Origin: an uncultured Bacteroidales bacterium
GTDB taxonomy: Bacteria; Bacteroidota; Bacteroidia; Bacteroidales; VadinHA17
Assembly (NCBI GenBank): GCA_963703935.1
Contig: CAVPGA010000005.1
Location: 528,139 to 592,138, forward strand
Reading direction: 5' to 3'
Length of the DNA: 64,000 bases
Below, one piece after another: positions 21,891 to 36,190 of the stretch (positions are counted from its first letter, which is position 1; every line of letters begins with the position of its first letter). Under the pieces are notes generated by a model. That model was not told where the DNA came from, searched no databases, and saw only the letters and a program-made list of their open reading frames with translations. The translations under genes and the position numbers were made by a program.

Positions 21891-22480
21891 ATGATAGATT
21901 ATATAAAAGGAAACATTACCCGAATGACTCCTACATTTCTCACTATTGAAAATCGGAGGTATTGGTTATTTTATTAAGTATTTCACTTACAACTTTTTCA
22001 AAACTTGAAGGTAAAACTGAATGTTAAGATTCTGGTTCATGAAGTGATAAGGGAGGACAGCTCATCAGCTTTTCGGATTTGCCGATAAGGAGGAACGGGA
22101 TATTTTCAGACTTGCTGATATCTGTTTCAGGTGTTGGTGCAAATACTGCCAGAATGATGCTTTCTTCACTCAATCCCGGTGAAATTGAAAAGGCAATTAT
22201 CAGGATCAGATGTCAATATTCTGAAAGAGTGTTAAAGGGATCGGTTTAAAAACTGCCCAGAGGATAATTGTTGACCTGAAAGATAAACTTGGAAAACAAG
22301 CCGGAAGCGGTGAAATATTTGCATTTACAGACAATACAAAACGTGAAGAGGCGTTATCTGCATTAGTGATGCTTGGGTTTGCCAAAAGTGCTGTCTCTAA
22401 AAGTCCTTGACAAAATAGTCAGAGAAGAAAAAAACCTGACTGTTGAGGATATGATAAAGAGAGCGCTTAAGAACTTGTAA
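21891..22480 (+). CDS. ruvA: Holliday junction DNA helicase RuvA, heavily frameshifted in this assembly
   Basis: The start reads [10 protein letters not shown]. The helix-hairpin-helix blocks [16 protein letters not shown] and [19 protein letters not shown] and the C-terminal [15 protein letters not shown] are readable in shifting frames. Confidence 0.75.
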
Positions 22481-22498
22481 ATCTGAATATAAGCTGGA

Positions 22499-25400
22499 TT
22501 GGGATCAGGGATATCATATAAAAATCTTCTGATATTTTCATATTTTGTTCTCTTCGCTTCTCTATTCCTCTGGTCCGCCAGAAGCAAGTGGTCAGGTTTC
22601 AAATCAGACCTCTGTAAACGATACAACCAGAAAATCACCTTTAAAGTTAAAGGATGTTTCAGGAATTCCCTGGGAATCAGCACCAAAAGCTCCCCTTTTT
22701 CTCGATAATCCTTCAAATATAAAATCAACTGTGATGTATGATCCTGAAAAGAATGAATATATTCTTTATCAGAAAGTAGGAGCATTTGATTACGGCACTC
22801 CTGTTCATATGACTCCTGAAGAATTCCGGAAATATGAATACAACAAGGAGATGCGCGATTACTGGCAATCAAGGATCTCGGGAGATGAATCAGGATTCAG
22901 ATCAAATCTTATTCCACAGATAGAGATCGGAGGTGCAGCATTTGACAAGATATTCGGCAGCAATACAATCAATATAATTCCACAGGGATCAGCTGAGCTG
23001 ATCTTCGGGATCAATATTTCACGCACACGAAAATCCGACACTTTCGGAAAAACTCAGAACAATCCCCACATTCGACTTCAAGGAAAAGATCCAGATGAAT
23101 GTTACCGGAACAATCGGTGATAAGATGCAGCTGGGAGTCAATTATAATACCGATGCAATGTTCGAATTTGAGAACAGGACAAAGCTTCAGTATTCAGGAA
23201 AGGAAGATGAAATACTAAAAAAAGTTGAAGCCGGAGATGTAACACTTCCTCTTACAGGAACCCTGATAACAGGAAGTTACAGTCTTGTTCGGCCTTAAAA
23301 CCGAAATGCAGTTCGGGAAGCTTAACATGACAACAGTTCTTTCGCAGCAAAAGGGCGAATCATCAGTAATTGAGGTGAAAGGAGGTGCCCAGATCAGTGA
23401 ATTTGAGAGTATATGCTGATGATTATGAAGCAAACAGGCACTTCTTTCTTTCACAGTATTTCAGGGATATTTATGATGATGCCTTAAGAAACCTGCCTGT
23501 TGTCAGTTCAGGAATTAATATCGAACGGATTGAGGTATGGATAACAAATAAGACAAGCAGTTTTGAGGAAACAAGGAATATAGTTGCTTTTATGGACCTC
23601 GCCGAAAACAGAAATCATATTTACAATAAAATTCCGGCATTCCAGGCCAGCTCCGGGGTCGCCCAGGATATCCTGACAACGGGAGCAATCACCTTTACGA
23701 TGAGGCAACGGTGAATTATTCTGCTCTGAGAGATGTTGACCAGGTGACAACTGCATTGAGCCGTTATACCCGGGTTTTCAGATTGGCCGTGATTTTGAGA
23801 AGATTGAAAATGCAAGGAAGCTGAATGACAGGGAATATACCCTCAACAGCCAGCTGGGATATATCTCGCTGAATACAGCTCTGAATACCGATGAGGTTCT
23901 TGCTGTTGCTTATGAATATACTCTCAATGGCCAGGTTTATAAAGTAGGAGAATTTTCAACCGACGGAATAACTGCCCCACAGACTCTGATCCTGAAACTT
24001 CTTAAAGGGACAACCCTGAGTCCCAAATTCCCTACCTGGAACCTGATGATGAAAAACATCTATTCACTTGGTTCAGGCAAGCTCGAAAGAAATGATTTTC
24101 AGCTTAATATTCTTTATCAGGATGATAAAACAGGAAATTCAATAAATTATCTTCCTGAGGGAAAACTGGCAGATAAAATTCTTCTTACAGGTTCTGGGAC
24201 TTGATAATCTTAATTCCCAGCTTGACCGGGAATCAGATGGTTATTTTGATTTTATTGACGGTGTAACAGTAATGATGAACAGGGGGAAAATTATCTTTCC
24301 TGTTATTGAACCTTTCGGAAGCCATCTGCAGAAGACAGATTGGCGATCCAATCTGATTGCAGACAAATATGTCTTTCAGGAACTGTATGATTCGACTCAG
24401 ACAGTTGCCCGGCAGATGGCTGAGAAGAACAAATTCAAACTGACCGGACAGTATTACCTCTGAATCAGGATCTGAAATAAGGCTTAATGCAACAAATATC
24501 CCGCAGGGAGCAGTAAAGGTTACTGCCGGAGGTGTAACTCTTACTGAAAATACTGATTATACTGTTGATTATAATATGGGTACTGTAAGGATTATAAATT
24601 CAGCCCTTATTGAATCGCAGACACCTATCCAGGTTTCACTTGAAAGCAACCAGTTTTTCGGATTCCAGACCAAAACTCTTGTTGGAACACATCTCGATTA
24701 CAGGTTCTCAGATAATTTCAATATCGGAGGTACAATTCTTCATCTTACTGAAAGACCATATACCCAGAAAGTCAATTTTGGCGAAGAACCGATTTCAAAT
24801 ACAATCTGGGGTCTTAATACATCATACAGAGCAGAATCACAGCTTCTTACAAAACTCATTGACAAAATTCCCCTTCTCGAAACCAAAACTCCTTCAAGCA
24901 TCTCTTTTTTCGGGGAATTTGCCAACCTGATCCCCGGCCATTCAAGGGCAATTTCAAATGCAGGCAATTCATATATTGATGATTTTGAAGCAAGCGAAAT
25001 ACCTCTTGATCTTAAATCATTTAATGCATGGACAATTTCAAGTATTCCACAGGGACAGGATCAGCTTTTTCCTGAAGCACAGATTGAATAATAATCTGTA
25101 CAGCGGATTCAACAGGGCAAAAATTGCCTGGTATGTTATTGATCCTCTTTTCCTGAGGAACGGATCTTCAACCCCTGATCATATCAAGCAGAATCCTGAT
25201 CTACAATCGAGCCATTTTGTAAGGGAGATCTATGAAAATGAGATATTTCCCAACAGGGAAAGCCCAAGCGGAATACCTACAAATATCTCGGTACTGAACC
25301 TCGCCTATTATCCCGATGAAAAAGGTCCATATAACTTTGATACTGATCCCGGTCCCTATTCCAGGGGAATGAACTCAGATGGAAAGCTTAATGATCCTGA

Positions 25401-28400
25401 AACAAGATGGGGCGGTATAATGAGAGAGGTTCTTACAAGTGATTTTGAAACAGCCAATATCCAGTATATTGAATTCTGGCTGATGGATCCTTTTGTTGAA
25501 AATCCGACTCATGAGGGAGGTGATCTTTATTTTAACCTTGGAAATATTTCAGAAGATATTCTACGTGATTCAAGGAAAAGCTTTGAAAACGGACTGCCGG
25601 GTTCTCCGTTGCTTCAGAATATTGATACAACTTCCTGGGGAAGGATTCCCACAGTTCAGTCTGTTGTTCATGCCTTTGACAATGACTCTGAATCACGGAC
25701 TTACCAGGATGTCGGACTTGATGGACTGAGGGATCAGGATGAACAGACATTTTTCTACCGATTATCTCCAGAAATCTGAGGCAATAACCAGTCCTGAGAC
25801 ATTTACGGAAATCATCAAGGACCCTTCAAGTGATGATTTTCATTATTTCAGAGGATCTGATTATGATCAGAATCAGCTCGGAATTCTTGAAAGGTATAAG
25901 AAATACAACGGGCAGGATGGAAACTCACCGACATCGGAAATGTCGACAGAATCTTATCCGACCACAGGATCAACACTGCCTGATATGGAGGATATCAACC
26001 GTGACAATACCCTGAGTGAAACTGAAAGCTATTATCAGTACAGGGTAAGCATACGTCCTGAAAATATGAAAGTTGGATCAAATTATATTGTTGATGAGAT
26101 TGAATACGAAGCAACACTTGCAAACGGAAATAAATCAAAAGTCAAATGGTATCAGTTTAAAATCCCTATAACTGATTATCAGAAGGACTGTCGGCATGAT
26201 AAGTGACTTTAAATCAATACGTTTCATGAGGATGTTCCTGAAGGATTTTAAAGAGCCTGTCATAATGCGTTTTGCCGAACTAAATCTTGTAAGGGCAGAA
26301 TGGAGGAAATACAATATTTCATTCATGGAAGGCGGAGAAAGGATAACAGTACCTGAGCCGACTGACGGAACATTCGAAATAAGCTCGGTAAGCATTGAAG
26401 AAAATGCCGGCAAAGATCCTGTGAATTATGTATTGCCTCCCGGATTTGACAGGATTACTGATCCTCAGAATCCCCAGCTGAGGCAGCTCAACGAACAATC
26501 GATGGTTCTGAAGGTTCAGGATCTTGATGATGGAGATGCACGTGCTGCATTCAGGAATGTAAATCTTGATATCAGACAGTACCGGAGCCTTAGAATGGAA
26601 GTTCATGCTGAAGCACTGATAGGACAGCCTCTTTATGATGATGAACTTACTGCATTTATCAGGATTGGTATCTGATTATAAATCTAATTTTTATGAATAT
26701 GAAATTCCTTTAAAGCTCACACCACCGAAACCAGCGGAAGATATGATAATAAATCAGATGAAGTCGAGGGCAATTGTCTGGCCCGAGGAGAACAGGTTCA
26801 ATATAGATCTGTCAGTCCTCCAGGAAGCCAAAAAGGAACGCAACAGGCAGATGCAGGAGCCGGGATCATCACTGAGCATTTCGGATGTCTTTGCTTTTGC
26901 TGCTGATTCAAATAAGGTTTATGTGTGCGGGAATCCGAACCTGAGCAATGTAAAAGTGATAATGGTAGGTGTCAGGAATCCTATAAAGACCAGGAATCCC
27001 GCGTACCGATAATGGTGATCCAAAATCGGGAGAAGTATGGGTAAATGAATTAAGGTTAAGTGATTTTATTGAAAACGGAGGCTGGGCAGCAAATGCACAT
27101 TTACAGGCTCGTCTGGCTGATCTTGGAACTGTTGATATTGTCGGACAGGCAAGCACTCCCGGATGGGGAAGCATCGACAAAAAAGTAAATGAAAGGAGCA
27201 AGGAAGAGATATTGAAATATGATCTTTCCTCAAGCCTGGAACTTGGTAAATTTTTCCCTGAAGAGATGGGTGTACGCCTTCCTGTTTATGTTGGCTATTC
27301 TGAAACACGGATAAAACCGCAGTATAATCCACTCGATCCGGATATTCAGCTGAAAGATGCGTTGGATGAGGCTCCTGACAAGGTGGCCAGAGACTCGCTT
27401 AAGGCAATTTCAGAAGATTATGCAAGACGAAAGACAATTTCAGTAAATAATGCGGGAATAACCAAGCGCGGCGAAAAACCGCATGCATGGGATCTTGCCA
27501 ATTTCAGTGTGAACTACACCTATAATGAAATTTACAGGAGCAATACAAAGACTGAGATTGATCTGGAAAAGAATTACAGGGGAGGAATTAATTATAATTA
27601 TGAAGCACAGCCAGCCAATATTATGCCATTTAAAAATGTAAAATTCCTTAATTCGCCTATTTTCAGGATCATAAAAGATTTCAATTTCTATGCTTTTCCA
27701 AAGAGCATTTCATTCAGGACAGATATGTCGCGGTATTATAATGAAATAAAGACCAGAAATATAAATAATCCCTATCTTCTTATAAAGCCTACTTTCAGGA
27801 AAGATTTTGAATGGATCGAGGATGTTCGATATTAAATATGATGTTACAAGGCAGCTTAAAATTGATTTTACCTCAACAAATATTGCAAGGATCGATGAAC
27901 CTGAAGGGGGAGTTGACCGGAAGAGATACCGGAGTGATTACGAAAACTGGCAGGATTCAGTTCTTACAAATCTGAAGAACTTTGGAAGAACAACCTCATA
28001 TAATCACTTCTTCAATGTAACTTACAACCTTCCGATCAACAAACTACCTCTTCTTTCCTGGATCAATGCCAATGCAAGGTTCGGCTCTGATTATTCATGG
28101 CTCGCCGGCGCTCTGTATCCCGACTCCCTGAATATTAATCTTGGCAATATCATCAAGAATCATAATGAGCTTACCTTTTCGGCAACGGCCAACCTGGCAA
28201 CCCTTTACGGCAAGTCGAAGTTTCTTAAAAAGATTGAAAATAATACACGGCCCGATGCAGTTCAAAGGATGAAGACTGAATTCAAAACCGTAACTTTCAC
28301 AAGGGATAATGTTAATTTCAGGGCAGATATTGTCAGGGGCCTTACTCATAACCTGAGGACCAAAGATGTAAAAGTCAGGATCCTTAAAAAAGACGGGACA

Positions 28401-29954
28401 GAACTGGCTGGGAAACTTGATATAATTTCTGATAACAGGGTAAATTTTACAGCTTCCGAATCGTCAGATGGCTGCCAGGTATCGATTGAAGGAAGGATAC
28501 CGAAAAAACGCAATCCGCTGACAGTCACAGGGGAATATATGCTGCGTGCAATGATGGGGATCAGGACTGTCAGCTTAACCTATACTTCATCCCAGGGTCA
28601 ATATCTTCCTGGCTTTTTGCCTGAAGCAGGTTTCCTGGGAATGGCCAGAACCAACGATGTTTCAGCACCGGGGCTGCCATTTATCCTTGGTTACAGTGAA
28701 AAGAACTTCTTCAGTAAAGCTGTGCACAACGGCTGGCTTACCACGGATACACTGCTTAATACGCCTGCAGTTTATAACAATAAGCTCGATCTTTCATTGC
28801 GGAGTACTGTGGAACCATTCCCCGGACTAAAAATTGATATTAATGCCGACAGGAGATTCCTTGAAAATGAAAGCTCTTATTATACTGCTGATTTTAACGG
28901 CAATTTCCCTGACAGCACGCGTAACAGGGTTATTACCGGTAACTTTTCAATTTCAATTATTTCGTGGGGAACAGCTTTCGAAAAGATATCAAAGAAGAAT
29001 GATTATATCTCGGCAACCTTTGAAACATTCAAGAAAAATGCTGCAATAATATCCGGAAGAAGGGCGGGTGAGCGGCAAAGAATTGATCCGGGCTATAATC
29101 CTGACATAGATCCGACGACAGGACAACCCATTGAAGGCGAGTTTAAAAGCGGTTATGGCAAGACATCAAGGGAAGTTCTGATACCCGCATTTTATGCAGC
29201 TTATACGAAGACAAATCCGGCAAAGGTGGAGCTTGCGACATTTCCATCAGCCTTCCGTATGATGCCAAACTGGCGACTGACATTTGACGGATTGTCAAAA
29301 TTTGAATTTGTGCAGAAAGTATTCAGGTCGGTCAGCCTTACCCATCAGTACAGGAGCATTTACCAGATAGGATCCTATACCACAAACCTGAATTATGCAA
29401 CCGATGCCAGCGGTATCAGCAATATCAGGGATCTTCAGAAGAATTTCATCCAGCAGTATGAAATAAATGTTGTTACAGTGAGTGAACAGTTCAGCCCTCT
29501 CATAAATGTGGATATGAACTGGAAGAGTAACCTCACTTCACGCTTTGAATGGAGGAAATCACGTACTGTTTCACTTAACCTTACAAGCAACCAGATTTCG
29601 GATTACAGGATCAACGAACTGGTTTTCGGAGCCGGCTACAGGTTTGATGATGTGCAGATAATAATTAAAACAGGAAATGGCCAGAGAGCTTTGAAAAGTG
29701 ACCTCAACTTACGATTTGATCTTTCGATCCGGGATAACAAGACAATTGCCAGGAAACTTATTGAAGATGTTAACCAGCCGGTTGCAGGGATCAAAGTATT
29801 CACTGTGGGAGCAACTGCAGATTATGTTTTAAGCGACAGATTCAACCTTCAGATCTTTGCAGATCACACAATGAATAATCCTTTTGTTGCAAATACATTC
29901 CCGACCTCCAATACCAACTTCGGATTCAGCCTGAAGTTTACACTGGTTCAGTAG
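22499..29954 (+). CDS. sprA: Cell-surface gliding/T9SS protein SprA (~2480 codons), heavily frameshifted in this assembly
   Basis: There is an unbroken series of same-strand colinear ORF pieces from 22499 to 29954, the largest being 27807-29954. The composition is beta-rich and Asn/Tyr/Ser-rich. Blocks such as IPQGSAELIFGIN, GKEDEILKKVEAGDVTLPL and NYVLPPGFDRITDPQNPQLRQLNEQS match SprA as I remember it. The position directly after ruvA is the arrangement I recall for Flavobacterium johnsoniae sprA. Confidence 0.75.
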
Positions 29955-30121
29955 TAAAAAGTCCTGAATTCAACGTGGAGCATGCTGATTTCACCTCCTA
30001 AAATCAGCCAATCACTGTGAAAATAAATGAAATACACAATCCTTCGTAACATTTTTTTTAGTTACTTTTGACTGGATTTCATCAACCTGTTCAAAGTTTC
30101 CTTTAATAAAAGTTAACCTTT

Positions 30122-31636
30122 ATGAAAAGAACAAAACCGCATCTGAAATTCTGGCAGATCTGGAATATGAGCTTTGGATTTTTGGGGATCCAGTTTGGTT
30201 TTGCACTTCAGAATGCCAATGTAAGCAGGATCTTTGAGACACTTGGGGCGAAAGTTGAGAACATACCGATTCTCTGGATAGCTGCACCTGTTACAGGTCT
30301 CATTATTCAGCCTATAATAGGTCATATGAGCGACAATACATGGAACAGGCTGGGCAGGAGGCGTCCTTATTTCCTGACAGGTGCCATCCTTGCATCGCTT
30401 GCACTTATCATTATGCCCAACTCACCTGTCCTGTGGATTGCTGCAGGAATGTTGTGGATCATGGATGCATCCATCAATGTTTCAATGGAACCTTTCAGGG
30501 CATTTGTAGGAGACATGCTGCCTTCAGAACAGAGGACGACAGGTTTTGCCACCCAGAGCTTCTTTATCGGAACCGGGGCTGTTATTGCATCTGTTTTACC
30601 CTATGTCCTTACAAATCTCTTTAACGTTCAGAATACTGCTCCTGCAGGTGAGATACCACTTTCGGTCAGGCTTTCCTTCTATATTGGAGGAATTGTATTT
30701 ATTTCAGCTGTACTTTGGACCATAATCAGGACAAAAGAATATTCACCGGAGGAGCTGCGTGAATTTTCAACTGAAGAAAAAAGTGCAGAGGAAGTTGACC
30801 TGAACGGGATTAAATCGCTGGGGAGCACTCCCTTTGTAAAAAGAGGGATCTACTGGATCCTGGCAGGAGTTGCTGTAAGCATTCTTGTAATGCAGTTCTC
30901 TCTTGAAAAGGAATTATATATCCTCTCAATTGGAATTGCCGGATTCGGACTTATACAGATCATAACAGCAAGTCTTATCGCCGGAGGCAGGACCAGAAAT
31001 GGTGTTGTGGTTGTGCTGAGAGATCTGTTTATGATGCCTAAAACAATGGGTCAGCTGGCAGTGGTACAGTTTTTTACATGGTTCGCCCTCTTTTCAATGT
31101 GGATCTATACAACCTCTGCTGTTACCAGTCATGTTTTTGGCACTAAAGATCCCACAAGCGAGCTCTATAATCAGGGGGCAAACTGGGTAGGGGTGCTTTT
31201 TGGGGTCTACAACGGATTTGCAGCAGTTGTTGCATTTCTGCTGCCTGTCATTGCACGACATACCAACCGCCGTATAACCCACTCAATCAGCCTGGTGGCC
31301 GGAGGCCTCGGACTCATTTCAATTATTCTCTTCAAGAATCAATATCTTCTCATATTGTCAATGCTGGGAGTAGGCCTTGCCTGGGCAAGCATCCTTTCAA
31401 TGCCATATGCTATCCTCACCGGATCACTTCCTGCCAATAAGATGGGTACCTACATGGGTATATTCAATTTTTTCATTGTTATCCCGCAGATACTTGCAGC
31501 AAGTATCCTCGGGTTCTTTGTAAAAAGCCTTTTCGGAGGAGAAAGCATTTACGCACTTGTAACAGGAGGGGTTTCAATGTTTATTGCAGCTCTTCTGATA
31601 CTTTTCGTGAGAGATGTGGATGATGTCAAAAGATAA
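30122..31636 (+). CDS. MFS sugar transporter (SLC45/GPH-like, probable maltose/maltodextrin:H+ symporter)
   Basis: The ORF is an intact 504 aa with about 12 TM segments. It carries the motif GHMSDNTWNRLGRRRPYF and heads a maltose phosphorylase / beta-PGM / GH13 cluster. Confidence 0.75.
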   Translation: MKRTKPHLKFWQIWNMSFGFLGIQFGFALQNANVSRIFETLGAKVENIPILWIAAPVTGLIIQPIIGHMSDNTWNRLGRRRPYFLTGAILASLALIIMPNSPVLWIAAGMLWIMDASINVSMEPFRAFVGDMLPSEQRTTGFATQSFFIGTGAVIASVLPYVLTNLFNVQNTAPAGEIPLSVRLSFYIGGIVFISAVLWTIIRTKEYSPEELREFSTEEKSAEEVDLNGIKSLGSTPFVKRGIYWILAGVAVSILVMQFSLEKELYILSIGIAGFGLIQIITASLIAGGRTRNGVVVVLRDLFMMPKTMGQLAVVQFFTWFALFSMWIYTTSAVTSHVFGTKDPTSELYNQGANWVGVLFGVYNGFAAVVAFLLPVIARHTNRRITHSISLVAGGLGLISIILFKNQYLLILSMLGVGLAWASILSMPYAILTGSLPANKMGTYMGIFNFFIVIPQILAASILGFFVKSLFGGESIYALVTGGVSMFIAALLILFVRDVDDVKR

Positions 31637-31643
31637 TTTGGAT

Positions 31644-32320
31644 ATGCACACCAAAGCATGCATTTTTGATCTCGACGGAGTAATTGTCGATACTGCAAAG
31701 TACCATTATCTGGCATGGAAGAAACTTGCAAGTCTGATGAACATCCGGTTTACGGAAGAAGATAATGAACGGCTGAAAGGTGTCAGCCGAATGGCATCGC
31801 TTGAAATTATTCTTGAAATCGGTAAGTTGAAGCTTGATGCCCGCCAGAAGGAGGAATATGCTGCACTTAAGAATAGATGGTATCTTGATTATATATATGG
31901 CATGACACCTGATGAGATCCTTCCGGGCTCTCTCGAATTTATTTCTGAGCTTAAGAATGCCGGGATAAAAACAGCTTGGGTTCAGCAAGCAGGAACACTC
32001 CGCTTATTCTTGAACGTCTCGGTATTGATAAACTATTTGATGCGGTAGCTGATGGAAATATTGTAAAAAAGGCCAAACCTGATCCGGAAGTTTTTGTTAC
32101 TGCAGCAAAAATGCTTGGAGTCAGATCCGGGGATTGTGTGGTATTTGAGGATGCTATTGCAGGTGTTGAGGCTGCTATTAAGGCAGGGATGATATGTGTG
32201 GGAATTGGTTCGGAAAAAGTACTGAGGGAAGCTCATTATGTTGTTTCCGGGTTAGACAGGATGAACCTGAAGAAATTGGCAAAAATTGAAAAAATATCTG
32301 GTCATGAACAGTTACTATAA
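31644..32320 (+). CDS. pgmB: Beta-phosphoglucomutase, one frameshift
   Basis: Seen are the HAD motif I FDLDGVIVDT, LKGVSR, KPDPEVF and VFEDAIAGVEAAIKAGM. The pieces 31614-32048 and 31976-32320 are colinear. Confidence 0.85.
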
Positions 32321-34619
32321 GGATGATGAATGGCTTATAATCGAGGAAGGATTTCACCCTGACAGGAACAGGGAATCAGAAAGCATTTTTTCGATAGGTA
32401 ACGGTTATATGGGCCAGAGGGCAAATTTTGAAGAGCAATATTCAGGCGATACTCTCAGGGGCAGTTATGTGGCAGGTGTCTATTATCCCGATAAGACACG
32501 GGTAGGCTGGTGGAAAAATGGCTATCCTGAATATTTTGCAAAAGTTCTCAATGCTCCCAACTGGATCGGAATTGATATTTCAGTGGACGGGAAACCTGTT
32601 GATCTGGCAACCACCCCTGCCAGCTCATTCCGCAGGGTACTTAACATGAAGGAAGGGTACCTTGAAAGAAGCTTCCGGGTTATTTTATCTGAAACAGAAA
32701 TCTATTGAAATTAATGCCAGGAGATTTCTGAGCATGTCGGAACCCGATATCGGAGTTATAAGATATTCAGTCAGTTCCGATGAATTTGAGGGACTTATTG
32801 AATTCAATGTTTATCTGGATGCTGATGTCAGGAATGAGGATGCCAATTACGGAAAAAAATTCTGGGAAGAGGTGGAACGGGAAGTGGCTGAAGGCGAGGG
32901 GATTATTATTGCAAGAACCCTTAAGACCGGATTTCCATGTTGCTACCGGAATGTGCATGAAACTCCTTGAAAACAAAAAAGAAATACCGGTAAAACCATC
33001 TTTTTTGATTAGCAGGAAGAAATATGTTTCAAATGCTTTTTCCCGGAAAATCAAGCCGGGGAATGAACTTACCGTTCTGAAATATGTTTCAGTGCTTTCC
33101 TCTCTCAATATTCCAAAAGAATATTTAATGAAGGATGTGAAAAAGCGGCTGAAAGAGTCATCTTCAAAGGGTTATGACAAGTTATTTTCAGCCCATAGGA
33201 AGGAATGGGAAAAGATATGGAATGCTTCCGATATTGTTATTGAAGGAGATGTTGCAGCACAGCAGGCTATCAGGTTTAATATTTTCCAGCTAAACCAGAC
33301 CTATACCGGAAAGGATGAAAGACTGAATATCGGTCCAAAAGGATTTACAGGAGAAAAATATGGCGGAAGCACATATTGGGATACTGAAGCATTTGCACTG
33401 CCTTTTTTCCTGAAGACTGCTGATCAGAAAGTTGCAAGGAATCTTTTGCTTTACAGGTATAAGCATCTCGGACAAAGCATCAGGAATGCCGATAAACTTG
33501 GTTTTAAGGATGGTGCTGCACTCTATCCGATGGTGACCATGAACGGTGAAGAGTGCCATAATGAATGGGAAATCACCTTTGAGGAGATCCACCGGAATGG
33601 GGCAATTGCTTTTGCAATTTTTAATTATATCAGGCATACCGGCGATAAGGATTACATGGCCGATTACGGACTTGAGGTACTGATCGGGATTTCACGGTTC
33701 TGGAGCCAGAGGGCCACCTGGTCGGAGAACAGGAAGAAATATGTTATCCTGGGTGTTACCGGTCCGAATGAATATGAAAACAATGTCAACAACAACTGGT
33801 ATACCAATTCACTGGCTGTATGGACATTGTCTTATACTATTGCAACCTTCTGATTACTGAAAAGGAGGCTCCTGATAAGTTTAATGATATCCTGCAAAAA
33901 ACGAGTTTGACTATACTGAAGAGACCGGCCGCTGGCAGGAAATCATAGATAATATGTTACATGCCCTTTGATGAGGAGAGAAAGGTCTTTCTTCAGCAGG
34001 ATGGTTTTCTCGATAAGGAGCTGATGCCGGCAGATAAATTGCCGGCAGCTGAAAGACCGATAAACCAGCACTGGTCATGGGACAGGATCCTCGGTCATGC
34101 TTCATTAAACAGGCCGATGTGTTGCAGGGGATCTATGTTTTCGAAGGCAGATATGATACTGAGACTATTAAACGGAATTTTGATTTTTATGAACCGATGA
34201 CAGTCCATGAATCTTCATTGTCGGCCTGCATACATTCAATACTTGCATCCAGGATAGGTAATATCGACAAGGCTTATGAACTTTATCTTCGTACTGCACG
34301 TCTAGATCTGGATGATTATAACAATGAGGTCGGTGACGGCCTGCATATTACAAGCATGGCAGGAACATGGCTGGCAATTGTTGAAGGATTCGGAGGAATG
34401 AGAATAGCGGATGACATGGTAAGTTTTCATCCACTGATCCCTGATAAATGGAAATCATATTCATTTCATGCAAGGTTCAGGGGAGTGTTGTTCGAAGTCA
34501 GAGTGACCCGTCAGGAATTTACCATCAGAAATATGTCGGACAAAAACCTTGAAATCACAGTATCGGGAAATGGTTACAGTGTGTCAGGACATGGAGAAAA
34601 AAATATTAAATTGAACTAA
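32304..34619 (+). CDS. Maltose (disaccharide) phosphorylase, GH65, frameshifted in this assembly
   Basis: Seen are the N-terminal ESIFSIGNGYMGQRANFEE, the central GPKGFTGEKYGGSTYWDTEAFALPFFL, and ITSMAGTWLAIVEGFGGMR. There are six colinear pieces. Confidence 0.85.
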
Positions 34620-34641
34620 CCAAATCAAATAAACAGAAAAG

Positions 34642-36022
34642 ATGGAAAGACTACTGGTGATTCTCCTATTGACTTTGATGGCGGTTGTACTTGCGGTTAC
34701 AGGTTGTACCTTTTTTGCCAGAAAGAAGGAAATCAAGCCCTTTGTAAGTGAAGTTGTACATCCCGAATGGTCAAAAAATGCTGTTGTATATGAAGTAAAC
34801 GTAAGGCAGTATACCGGTGCGGGCACCCTTAAAGCATTTAAAGAACATCTGCCAGGGCTGAAAGATCTGGGTATTGATGTTCTGTGGTTCATGCCGGTAT
34901 ATCCGATAGGCATTGTAAACAGGAAAGGTGAGCTTGGAAGCTACTATTCGGTTAAAGGACTATATGGATATTAATCCTGAATTCGGCACAATCGAAGATA
35001 TGAAAGCTGTAATTGATAACGCCCATGAACTGGGGATGCATGTATTGCTTGACTGGGTTCCAAATCATACTTCCTGGGATAATCAGCTGACAGTGGACCA
35101 CCCGGAATGGTATACTAAAGACTCAACAGGGAAATTTAAACCTCCGAGAGGAACTGACTGGACAGATGTAATCCAGCTTGACTGGTCGCAAAAGGGATTG
35201 TGGGACTATATGATCGGTGCCTTTAAATTCTGGGTCAATCTTGGTGCTGACGGGTTCCGTGTAGATCACCCTCACAATACCCCGAAGGAATTCTGGGAAT
35301 TGGCCAGAACAGAGCTTGACAAAATCAAGCCTGTTCTGATGCTTGCCGAGCATGAGGGTCCCGGCTTCTTTATGGAAAAGGGCTTTGACATGAATTATTC
35401 CTGGGAGTTGTATCATCTTATGAACAGGGTGGCACAGAGAAAGGATAGCGTTACCGCCATACATAAATACTTTGCCAAAGAGCTCGCTGTATATCCAGAT
35501 AATGTTTACAGATTGATGTTCCTGACAAATCATGATGAGAACTCCTGGAGCGGGACTATCGATTCGCTTATGGGTAAAGCCCAGAAGGCTTTTGCAACGC
35601 TTACTTTCACTGCAAGGGGTGTTCCGCTTCTTTATAGCGGACAGGAGGCATGCCTTGATAAAAAGCTAAAGTTCTTTGTAAGGGACTCTATTGTCTGGAA
35701 AAGATGTGACATGACTGGTTTTTATGAAAACCTGATTAAGCTTAAAAAGGATAACGAAGCACTATGGAACGGGGAATTCGGAGGCCCGATGGTAATCCTC
35801 AGAACAAACAGGGATAAAAAAGTGTTTGCTTATTACAGGGAAAAAGATGGGAACAGGGTTCTGGTCTTCCTGAATCTTACAAAGAAGAATGTAGTTTTTA
35901 AACCTGTTTTGAAAGATCTGGAGGGAGAATACAATGACTTTTTTGCCGCAACTAAAACCACTCTGCCTGCAAAAAGTGTTATCGATCTGGAACCATGGGG
36001 GTTTAAGGTGTATGTCAGATAA
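34642..36022 (+). CDS. Alpha-amylase family GH13 lipoprotein, one frameshift near 34950
   Basis: The signal peptide ends VTGC. GH13 regions I-IV are present: LLDWVPNHTS, DGFRVDHPH, MLAEHEG and FLTNHDENS. Confidence 0.85.
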
Positions 36023-36026
36023 AAAG

Positions 36027-36146
36027 TGCACAGGGCTCAGAGCGCAGAGCACAGAGCACAGGGCGACAAAGGCATGGAGCGGGCGGCAGGGAGCAGGGGG
36101 CATGTAGAGAGAATCTGCGTTAATCTGCGTGATCTGCGGGAAATCT
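36027..36146. repeat. Intergenic short tandem words (gcacaga/gcgcaga; aatctgcgt x3)
   Basis: The sequences are cacagggctcagagcgcagagcacagagcacagggcg and gaatctgcgttaatctgcgtgatctgcggg. Confidence 0.7.
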
Positions 36147-36190
36147 TTAAGAAGTTTCAATGAGATTCAAAATTAAATATGTCTTATAAT